Positions 23,741-37,692 of a stretch of 64,000 nt of DNA are shown in pieces. Source of the DNA: the human T2T-CHM13v2.0 reference genome, Homo sapiens. Below the pieces are notes generated by a model. The model was not told where the DNA came from and did not search any database. It saw only the letters and a program-made list of their open reading frames with translations. The DNA is taken from the NCBI RefSeq assembly GCF_009914755.1, contig NC_060928.1. One strand, given 5' to 3'. The position numbers and the translations under genes were made by a program. How positions within the stretch are numbered: position 1 is the first letter of the stretch; each line of letters opens with the position of its first letter.

Positions 23741-26412
23741 TATGTTATCTATTGCTGCATCATAAATTAATCCCTAAATTTAGCAGCTTAAAATAACCCT
23801 TTTTTTGGGTCAGGAATTCAGAAGTGTCTAAGTGACTCTGACTCAGGGTCTCTTAGGAAGTTGTAGTTGAGATTTTGGATGGGCATGCCATCATTGGAAG
23901 GCTTGGCTAGGACTGAAGGGATCCATTTCCTAGATGGCTTACTCAACCTGGCTGTTGGCATGAGACCTTAGTTCTTAGTCTCTCCATAGTTTCTAAAGTT
24001 TCTGAAGACATGGTAGCTAATGATGACAGAGAAAGGAAGAAGCTGCAACACCTTTTTAATGTTCTGTTCTCCTGACATCACACCATTACTTCCTTCACAT
24101 TCTAATTGGTCAGAAAAGAGTCACCAAGCACAACCTATATTTGAGGGGAGGAGAATTGAAGAATTTGTAGACATAAGTTTAACTGCCGTGGTCTGCATTT
24201 TGGTTACAAATTATTTACATTATCATTTTTGGGTTTTTTTTTTTTTTTTAATTTTTGAGACAGGGTCTCACTCTGTCTTCCAGGCTGGAGTGCAGAGACT
24301 CAGTCATAGCTCATTGCAGCCTCAAACTCCTGGGCTCAGCCAGTCCCCCAACCTCAGCCTGCCACGTAGGTAGGACTACAGGCACATGCCACCATGCCCA
24401 ACTAATTTAAAAATCCTTTGTAGAGGTGGGGTCTTGCTATGTTGCCCAGGCTGTTCTCAAAGTCCTGAGCTGAAGTGATCCTCTTGCCTTGGCCTCCCAA
24501 AGTGCTGGGATTACAGGCATGAGCCACCACGCCCAGCTTACATTATTCTTATATGCAAAATATAGTTAGCCATTTCAAGGCCTTCAGAAGTCTATCCCAT
24601 TGTAACATTAGCTTAAAGTTCAGAATCTTGTCATGTAAATCAGGTACAGGTGCTGAAGCAGCTCCTTGAGTATAGTTTTTTATTTTTATTTTTAACCTTA
24701 AGTGTGACATTTCAATTATAGTTCTTTTAATATGAAATCCTGTTAACTAAAATTACAAGTTATTTATCAACTACACACCCAATATAAAATGAGACAGGCA
24801 TAGGATGACCACTGTAGACATTATTAGGAGACACACAGGAGTTACCACGTCCATCCTCAAGTCCAGTGGGGCATGGCTTAATAGTTCTTTGATGAGGACC
24901 CAAGACTGGAATAATTTTCTGTGGCTCTTGGCCCTGCCCTCTGAGTTCCTGGTTCCACTTTCTGAATTACCCTTTTTTTCTTTTGGAAGTTAACAGTTGT
25001 TTGCAACTGAGTAGTTTTTCAGTATTCTGACCAGTAAAATATTGAGAGTCTAAAGACCTCTTTTCATTTTGTGCTGTCATTCTTTTCCTTCCAGATTTAC
25101 TATTTCTGCCCATAGAATAAACATCATGAATCTTTTGTGAGTCTTATTGGAATCCACGTATACTTGAGCTTCTATGGAGGGGAGAACACCCTTAAGTTCT
25201 TAGAAGTTTTATTGTTTGAGAGAATCTGTGAGTCATACTCTTAAATTTTTTAGAGAGCCTTTCTTCAGACTAAATAGTGAGGCACCACCATATTCTGAGT
25301 AACAAAAGATTGTAATGCCAAGCCCCTTTGCCTTCCCTCTTGACATATTTTTTGATCTTTGCCCAGCAAGCCATTTCTGGAGAGACTGAGAGTTTTCAAA
25401 ACCATCAAGCCCCTGTCTCTTTTCTTTAGTTTCTTTGTCCTCTTACATTTTTCCTGGGCACTTTGCCTGAAAATCCCTTCAGTTAGTTAGTTAGCTCACT
25501 GAGTCCATTTGACACATTTTATAACACTGTTGCTAAACTTTCTGCTACTCTGTGGCTATTACATATCCTTCACTTCATTTTAAGGGCTCATCTGCAGCCT
25601 CCTCAAAGTCTAGACTTCTATGAATAGTCCAAGGCTCTTCAAACTTCCACTAAAGCCCTACTCAAAGTCTGTCCACCTTTTGCAACTCCCTGGCTCCAAA
25701 GTTATTCCCACATTTTAGGTTTTTGTTACAGCAGTATCTCATGTCCAGGTACCAAAATCTATGTTGTTTATCTATTGCTGCAAAACAAATTACTCAAAAA
25801 CATAGCAGCTTTAAATAGCAACCGTTTATTATCTGACTGTTACTATGTGTCAAGAATTCAGAAGTCACTTAGCTGTATGTTTCTGAAGACTCTGGGTCTC
25901 TCAGGCAGCTGAAGTCAAGATGTTGGCTGGGCACGGTGGTTCATGCCTGTAGTCCTAATGCTTTGGGAAGCTGAGGCGGGTGGTTGCTTGAGTCTAGGAG
26001 TTCGAGACCAGCCTCGTCAACATAGTGAGACCCTGTCTCTATTTATATTTTAAAATTTAAAAAGTTGCCAGCTGGAGCATCTGAAGGATCAGCTTGGCTT
26101 GGAGGATCTCCTTCCATGATGGCTTACTCTCATGGCCAGAGGCATCAGTTCTTGGCCATACATTGGTCTTTCCATAAGATTGAGTTTCCTCATAAGACAG
26201 GAGCTGGTTTCCTCTGAATGATCCAAGAGAAAGCAAGGAGGAACCTATAGTCCATTTATGTCCTAATATTAATGTTACATACCTTGGTGTATAGTACATG
26301 TTACTCCTTACACATGAGTCACTAAATATAGCCCACGTTTGAGGTGGCGGGGGTGGAGGGGGGTCCTGCCTTTTTAAAGGAAGAACTTGTGGGCATATTT
26401 TGAAATCACCAC
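23741..26412 (-). mobile_element. Ancient MaLR (MLT1-type) element with two LTRs and internal sequence; nested AluJ (~24234-24537) and FLAM (~25924-26045)
   Basis: Both LTR copies begin tgtt..atctattgctgca...agcagctt(t)aaa (~23741 and ~25761); ccaggtaccaaaatc precedes the second copy. Confidence 0.72.
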
Positions 26413-27087
26413 AGTGGTAGTGTATTTTGGAATGACTTTTTTCATTTCTCTATATTAACAGATGTTATCCAAATAAATACTGGATGAGCCTTTAGCTTTC
26501 AAATTTGTTCCTTGAAATCAAAACAATATAAATATTTCACTATATTATAGCATATTTGTCAGTGATTTCCAGTCTTTTGAGACAGTCAATAGTTTATACT
26601 TCTAGGGATATTGTTAATTTTCAATATTAAATTTTTAATTTACTATAGAGTTATTCATTTATTGTGTTAACAAATATTTGAGTGTTGTCTGTCTGTTTTG
26701 GCATGCTGCTAGGCCCTGAAAATAAGGTTACAAATTAGACAGGATCTCCTTTACCAAAGAGCTCATAGCTTAAAAGAGAGACAGCTGTATAAACAAACTA
26801 TTGTGTCAAGCAAAATATATTAGCCATAGTGGCAGCACAGACAGAATGAATAATTGTTTGGCCAGGTTAGAGAAGGCATAACTAAGCGAGCATAGTCCTC
26901 TGAAGCCATAGAGATATGCAACAGCTTGTTATATTCATAGATTGCAAATAGTTTAATATTGCTGTTTAACTTGTATGTTTTGCTGTGATCATTTGTTTAC
27001 ATGCATATCCCATATGGTTTCAAGAAAGTTTTCTGAAGTGGTTCCGTTGTTTGCTATCTGATGTTGAACCATTAAAAGGCTAGGTAC

Positions 27088-27779
<692 letters not shown>

Positions 27780-27796
27780 TAAAATTACTAATCTGA

Positions 27797-28051
<255 letters not shown>

Positions 28052-29124
28052 TAGCACAATTGAGTGACATTTTATGACCAGCTCTTGTCATTTTTATACT
28101 GTCTTATTTGACAGTATATAACCTTATGTGATATAGGTTTTAGAGCCAAAAATTATTTTATTTTTTAGTATTCTTTCTTTAATATTTTGTTTCTGATCGT
28201 GTTTCATGTTTAAAACTTGAAATAATGATCCTGTTCCAAAGTCATATAGTATAGTATGGTGGAAAAAATTTTGGCTTTTGAGTCATTCAGATCTGGGTCC
28301 AGATATTAGCTCTTATATTTTCACTGTGTGCCCTTGGACACTTTGTCTAACCTCTCTGATGGTTTTCTCATCTATAAAATGGAACTAAGAAAATCCTTAT
28401 TTAGGACTGGAGAAAATACATATGTAAAGCATCTAATGTCTGTTACAGTGGTAACATGCAAGTTTTTATGTCTAGGCTAAATTGAGTTTGTTATAAACTG
28501 AGGACTATACGTGTATCTCCCATTTACCTCTGTTGTCAGTTTACATTATTTCTTTTCTAGCCTAAGGCTGTAAATATTTTCCCTAGGCCAAAATCTGACC
28601 TGCTGGTTTTAACCATTAAGCTGAAACCAAGATACTCATTGTCACATGAACCATTTTGATTAATAACATTCCTTTGTCCTTTCTTTTGACCCTAGACATC
28701 TTCCTGCTTTGTATGAAAATAATTGCATAATTTGTTATGTTAAAGCAATATAGGAAGCAGTCGCCCCAGACTTTAATTTTAGCCTCACTAGTAAGGAAAG
28801 GCTCAAAATCATTTCCCTGACTGCTTTATAACCAAGGAAAATTATAATGCCAAACAAATAGAGTTGGAGAATATGTTTTGAATTCTGTCCACCAGAGCAG
28901 GTGGACAGTAGTATCACGTAGACATAGTGATATTGCTATGAGAAATATAGCCATGTGCCTATAGTTCCAACTATATAGGAGGCTGAGGTGGGAGGATCAC
29001 TTGAATCTAGGAGTTCAAGGCTGCAGTACACTGTGAGCTATGATCATGCCTGTGAATAGCCATTGTACTCCAGCCTGGGAGACATAGCAAGACTCTGTCT
29101 CTTAAAAAAAAAAAAAAGAAAAGT

Positions 29125-29126
<2 letters not shown>

Positions 29127-29174
<48 letters not shown>
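29127..29174 (+). repeat. (CA)24 microsatellite after a monomeric Alu (~28948-29117)
   Basis: Uninterrupted CA run. Confidence 0.97.
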
Positions 29175-29177
<3 letters not shown>

Positions 29178-29375
29178 AATATAGAAAAATCCAGTTGGAT
29201 TCTACAAGGATTTATTGACATGTTTTTACAAATAATTGTATACCTGCTAGGAACAAACACAATACCTTTTTATTGTTGGGAATTTATTGGAAGACTGCAC
29301 AGGGAAGCAAGAAAGCACAGAAAATGGACCTTTGAGGCCTCAGAGAATTTCAGTCATTCAGGGCATAGAACTTAA

Positions 29376-29848
<473 letters not shown>

Positions 29849-30449
29849 CATGTATTTCTTAAGGAGAGGATCTCTTTTGATTATTTAGTTACTGTTTAAT
29901 AAAGAGTACACCTGCAGAGCAGAATTCTTGTACTAGGTTTCCTTAAAGACTGTTAGGTTTTCCTTGGGTCCAGGGTGTCATAATTGCCTTCAAGCCAGAT
30001 AACAACCTGTGGTCTAATTATTTGTAGCCATGATTGTAGAGTCTGAGAACAAAGTAATGGCTACAAACGGTGCTTCTGACTGCTTTGTTTGGAAGAAGCT
30101 TAGTGCAAGGTACCCTTTTTCATGGGCTGCTCCTCAGTACATATTATTCTTACCTGTTAGGTACATAAGACCTTTTTCTTCCTCAGCTAACTTCCTCCAA
30201 GATGCCCCTGTCTAAAAGCATCTATACTTACCAAGATTTCCAAATGTGGTAACAACATCAAATTATACCAAGCCATCATAATTAGGAGTGGCTTTGTAGG
30301 TTATTTTAAAGGCCGCCTGCCAAGTCTGGTTCTGCAGTATATAGTATCTCCCCCGCCCTTCAACCCCCCCTTTTTTTGGTGATTCTGTATTTCAGCTTTC
30401 TTCTATGTGGTAAATGGCAAATTTAGTGTCACTAGTTCAGGATAATATT

Positions 30450-31086
<637 letters not shown>

Positions 31087-31314
31087 TATAAAATAAAATC
31101 AAAGTATTAATAAATTAGCAGTAATTCCAGTAAAGAAGGAGAAAAGGAAAATGGGAATTAGTAAGGTCAGTATTCAGTGAACTTGAGTATAAATCTCAGG
31201 TCTTGGCAGAAGCTGTATCACTTGTTTCTCCAACTTACCATGAGGCATTAGTTGGTATTTATGAATTCCCTTTTGTACCACTCATCCTATCTTCCTCCTT
31301 GCCTTCACTCAGCA

Positions 31315-31637
31315 TTTTGTTGGTTTGTTTGTTTGCTTTTTTTTTTTTGAGATGGAATCTCACTCTGTCACCCAGGCTGGAGTGCAGTAGCATGATCTCA
31401 GCTCACTGCAACACTCCGCCTCCCAGGTTCAAGCGATTCTCCTGCCTCAGCTTCCCCAGTAGCTGGGATTACAGGCACATACCACCACACCCACTATTTG
31501 TTTTGTTTTGTATTTTTAGTAGAGATGGAGTTTCACCATGTTGGCCAGGCTGGTCTTGAACTCCTGACTTGAAGTGATATGCCCACCTTAGCCTCCCAAA
31601 GTGCTGGGATTACAGGTGTGAGCCACCGCGCCCAGCC
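31315..31637 (-). mobile_element. AluS
   Basis: Antisense Alu; TSD agcatttt. Confidence 0.88.
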
Positions 31638-33076
31638 TAGCATTTTTTTTCCTGTTGTATATATACTTTTCCTTCCAAAGGCTATGATTCCTTAGTACAG
31701 TAGTCTTTCTTTAAAAAGTTGTATCATTTTAAACTTTTTGTTGCTGTGCTGGGAGTTGCTATGCTAGAGACATATACTCCTTTACAACATATCTTAATAT
31801 GAGGATTAGATTTCAAGTCAGTTTATAAATTTAAAAATTGCATATGATTAAAATTGCCCTTGGAAGTGTCTTAAATTGCCCATTAAGTGCAGTGCAGTCT
31901 CATCCTACATGCATTTAACCTAAGTGAACTCAACTCTTCATGATGGATGTACTTTTTTCTTTAAGGGAGACAAAGAATAATATGCATAATGATGGTTAAT
32001 TCTATCCAGTATTTCCCTCAGTGAACAATGGACCCCAACTGAGTATGAGATGGGAGGCATGACTGTCACAGTCCATTTCAGTTCTTGTGTGCTTATCTTG
32101 GTGTGAACATCTTGCTGTGGTGATTGTCAGTTTGGTATTGAAAACATGGTTTTCATACACGTAATACAAAGTATTTATATTTTTATATCTGCCTGTCTTC
32201 AGCTTAAAGGATTTTCAAGGGATATTTTGACTTTTTTTTCCTGAAATACTGATTTTAGACTTGCATTTCTGATTACATGATTCCATGTATATATAAAACC
32301 TTGTTCTGCACGATGTATGAGTAAATATAGAGTGTAGATTTCTTGTGGTTATCTACGTATATTTAAACACTTAGATTTACCCTGACAAAGTCTTACCTAT
32401 GAGAAGTAAACAGAGACTGAGACTACCTATCAGAATATCAAACCCAACCCAGATCTCCTTTGGGGGAATATGTTCTTGTTTATTAAAGTTGGAGACAGAA
32501 TTAATTTCTCTGTTTCCTCTCTCCAAGTTCGAGTACTTGATTTAACTAAATATAAATACTTGTATTGATTTACCTGCCCTATAGTCCTTGTTTCCCTTTG
32601 TAATAGCAGTCATATGTCTCTGATAGTAAATTACCCTGGTCAATACACTGACCCTCATTTCAGTCTGTACCCTACTGTACCCTAGAGGCATGAAAGGCAT
32701 GATACAGCTAGGTGGCAGGTTTGGTTTCCAGTTCTCTGCCTTTCTCTGATACAACTGTTTCTCCCCTTGTACCAGAAATTCCTATATAGTAGAATATGGA
32801 GTCATGGGAGCAAGAAGTAAAATATGTACAAATGTGTGGGGAAGTCGTACCTATGAGGGCCTTTATTTTCTCCTCTATCTCTTGGTTCCTGAATCCACAG
32901 TTATTAGAGTGGCAGAGCCATATATTAATTTCTGGTTCTGGTTTAGAACATGTATCCTTCAAAAGAAAACATTCCGGCACTGGAGCTGGGCTTTTAATGG
33001 GTTATTTTATTGTCCTGTAAGGCCTTCTGCTTTACACACTAGGACGTGGTGAATCCCATAGAATTCACTTCACTGC

Positions 33077-33108
<32 letters not shown>

Positions 33109-33997
33109 AAATGCAGTGAAACAATTTTCTTGCCCAGAAGCTGTTTTGGTGAAATCACAATTACTCTACTAACAGAGGCACGTTGACCAGATGTGGCAAA
33201 TTCATTTTCCATTAGGGTAAATTGTTACTGCCTCTGTGATGAGAGAAAGCAAATATAGAATCCAGATGTTTAGTGCCCTTCTGATAAATATGGTGGTGGT
33301 CTCCAGCCCTACCTGAGATAAGACAGGGAATAGTCTTGTCTTAATATTCAGTCCAGGAGTAGAATAGTAGCACAATTGCATTATACCTGCCTAGTAATGA
33401 TTGCAAGTATATAATTACTATGACATTTATGTAATTAATAAAAATTGGTAGGAACACAGTTCTATAAATATTAATATTTTAAAATGCCACCTCACCATTA
33501 ATATGTCATTTGAATAAATATGAATTCCTGTAGAATTTATAGAACAAAGCAAGACAGAATGGATAGTGTAGTATTTTGAATAGCTTGATTATACTTCACT
33601 TTGTTTGAATTATAAAGAACATTCACTCATTCTGTCATGGTCTCTGTAGTCTCCTTTGTACTTCTCCTGTCCTAGTTTACATCTCTTCTTTCTTCCCCCT
33701 TGGCTATCTGACCTGTTTCTCTTTCTGTCTTTCTTTCTCTGGTTCTGTTTTATCTACTTCCTTCTTTTTGGATAGTTTCTATCCAGCAATAATAAAGTAT
33801 CTAGGGTTAAAAATCAGTTAAGAATTCTAGAATTCAAAATCCCCTTTTTTAGGTTATAGGAGGTTAAAATATGACAGTGTTTTTCTGGGTGACTGGTAAG
33901 TGATTTTATTTTTTAAAAATAAGAATTTTTAGTAGAATAAAATCACATTCCCCAAGAACCTTAGTTTCATTTGTATAATATCTTTTATTTTTGTTAG

Positions 33998-34156
<159 letters not shown>

Positions 34157-34886
34157 TAGGTATAGTCACCCAACTCTGATAGCCTTACCACTGTACGATT
34201 ATTTAGCAAATGCCAACGCAGCTTTCTCACAGAAATGCCTGCTATGAACAGAATGTGTAGGGAGATATAATGATATAATCACTTCTTTTAGGATATTAGA
34301 ATCAATGATAGATGTACATAACATAACTAGGATTCAGGTCAGATGTAATTACCATGTATATGGTTCAAAGAATTGATCATGTGGATAAAATTAGTTAATA
34401 CACAGAGCTTAGACCTAGTACCTGGTATATAGTAAGCATTAAATAAATGTTAGCTATTATTAGCTATTGTTATAAATAGAAGATAAAATTTTGAGCCTGG
34501 ATCTTGAAGGATGGATTATATTTCTAAAGGAAAAGATACATAGAAGGCAAGAGTATCTGTTAAGAAAACATAGGAGTGTGTAAATAATGTTGAGGTTGTC
34601 TGAATTGCCTGGAGCAGGTAAAAGATGAATGAAGGGTCTTGGTTTCCAGGTTTAGAATGCTTAGAATATATATGTAGTAGATAATAAGATTTTAGAGTAC
34701 TGAGTTAATATTTTCCAAGTGGTTAATTGAAAAAAGAGTTCGTCACAAAGGTGATGCATATTAAAGGAAAGAGAAACTGTTTAATAAAATCAAAGAGAAG
34801 GTTGTTGCTCTAAACAGTATATCTATTAAAGGAAATTGAATAACATGGTACTCTCTATATGAGTATCCATTTAAAAAGTCATGTTT

Positions 34887-35232
<346 letters not shown>

Positions 35233-36356
35233 TTATTCCAAAATAGGACACAGAACTACCTATAAATTGAAATTTTATTAATATATTTACATAGGTATAT
35301 AATATAGAAGTGGCTGGAAAGAAATAGATCAAAAGATAACAGATTGTCTCGATAGATTTTGAGTGATTAAAATAATTTACTGTATTTTCTACTTCCCACA
35401 ATTATTATAACGTGGAAAATAAGTTTAATAAATAGTCCAATAATTCTCAAACTTTAACAGTTAATACAACTCCCACTTTTAAAAAATTCTTAAATGGAAC
35501 CCCAAAGTATAAAATTCAAAAGCTGCTCTGCTTAAAGTAGGGAAGGGCAATCTAAAGCCCCATTCAGTTTGCTTCTTGGCTGTGTCCTAACCTCTAAAGG
35601 ACCCCAGCATTTGGAATCCACTGCAGTTGTACGAAATTGGTAATGACAAAGGCATGGCAGTATTTTTGGCTTTTTTAGTATTGGGGACAAGGGAAAGAGC
35701 ATTAGGAGAAGAGACTGGGGTTTTGAACTTTGACATTGGGAAAATGGTACCAAATTAGGAAAGTCTTATCAAAGAGGTTGGTTATAGATAAAACTTGGAA
35801 GTGGACTGAGTATTCAAGTGCAAATTTCCATTTAACAGGTGGAGATACTACTGAATCTTGGGAAATACAGGGAATGGGTGTGGGGATAGCATAGGGAAAG
35901 ATCAGAGAATGACTGAAAAGATAACCTTGGTAACTATTCTACCTTTAGAGGAGAAAGGAGTCACAGATTGACAGGAGAGGAACAGTCAAACAGAAGGGAA
36001 GCTGTTTCACATGTCACAAAATAAAAGAATACCTTCAAATATACACAATGAAATTTTCTAAGTAGTGGGAAAGGTTGCTTTATTTTGAAATAAAGGAAGT
36101 TAGGAAATGAAGGCACTTCAGATTTTCTTTGCTTATATGTCATTAGTTTAAATATTGCTAAATGCCACCTAAATTTTCTACATTTCACAAAACGTTTTTT
36201 CTTAATGTTATGTGAAAAATATTAACTAATGTTGCTAAATTTGAGGAAAATCGTTTGCCTCAATTGTATGTTTGTGGTTCTGATGTGATCGACTCTAAAT
36301 TTACTTTTTCTATTTGTGAAGTCTTGGCCCTCCAAAGGAGGCCTCTTATCCAATGA

Positions 36357-36509
<153 letters not shown>

Positions 36510-37393
36510 TAAGTATTTGATACAGTGGTTGATGGTGACGGTATAAGTGGTCTGTACAAGTTTATCATAAACCAAATGATTTTAAAGCTGTCACATACTA
36601 AATTAGCTAAGGGAAAAGCAGGGCTTTTTTCTTTATGATGAAGGTTTTTATTTTAAGGATACAAGTATTACCTGATTTTGACATAGAATTATTCAGTCCA
36701 GATATTTGAGAATCATCTTTGTTTCTGTTTCTAAAAAGTTACATGTAAGTTGAAATTTTGAACCATATTTTGTTATGTAAAACTTCTTAGTAAATTGTTT
36801 TGAAATTGAAGAATCTCTTTGAAATTGACTGTTTTCTCCTTATTTATCTGTATTGTAGATCTGAATTTGCATGAATTATGTTTTCTTAGCACAATTCGAG
36901 TCATAAAATTTTTTGTTACTTTAAAACAATTATCTGTATCTTCAAATATTTTGACAATCAGATCAGTTTTATATTAGTTTTAATGTAAAGTAGAACTACA
37001 GAATTTTAGACCCTGAAAGGTAGAATGTTACAGTAATTGTCTCTCATTTCATAGTGGGAAAAATCTGAGACCTTAAAAGATGACTTATTCTAGGTAACAG
37101 ATAGAAACTTAGTAACGCAACAGTGACTAGAGCCCACATCTTCATATTGTTCTTTCTACTGTAAGAACTGTACATTTATAATAAAGTACTCCTGTAGTCA
37201 GGTTGTATTGTTGTTTGGATTTTTAAGTGACTGGTGGGGGAGAAATAGAACCTTTAACAGAATAATCTATAGAATTTGGAAATACTATTAACTATCACAT
37301 TGCCAACTCCATACATTTAAAACTGAGGAAATTAAATCAGGCATCCCAATCACCAAAAAAATGCTAAATTGTCCCAATTGAGAACATCATTTT

Positions 37394-37692
37394 GGCTGGG
37401 TGGAGTGGCTCACACCTGTAATCCCAGCATTTCAGGAAGCCGAGGTGGGCGGATCACTTGCGGTCAGGAGTTCGAGACCAGCCTGGCTAACATAGCGAAC
37501 CCCCGTCTCTACCAAAAAATACAAAAATTAGCCGGCCATGGTGGCACATGCCTGTAGTCCCAGCTATTCAGGAGGGTGAGGCAGGAGAATCGCTTGAACT
37601 TGCAAGGCGGAGGTTGCAGTGAGCCGAGATCACGCCACTACACTCCAGCCTGGGCAACAGAGTGAGACTCCGTCTCAAAAAAACAACAACAA
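37394..37692 (+). mobile_element. AluS
   Basis: Dimeric Alu; TSD-like aacatc(a/g)tttt. Confidence 0.88.

Noticed and set aside
26341-26364. G-rich run as a G-quadruplex
   Set aside because: It lacks four separate G3 tracts and lies in a decayed LTR.
31985-32047. C/D-box snoRNA-like pattern (ATGATGG...CTGA with a cata/tatg stem)
   Set aside because: Box C is non-canonical, the element is short, and I recognise no rRNA or snRNA guide complementarity.
32542-33052. Four overlapping short ORFs on both strands in intron 15
   Set aside because: No recognisable homology, poly-A tail or TSD to suggest a retrocopy; the lengths are expected by chance.
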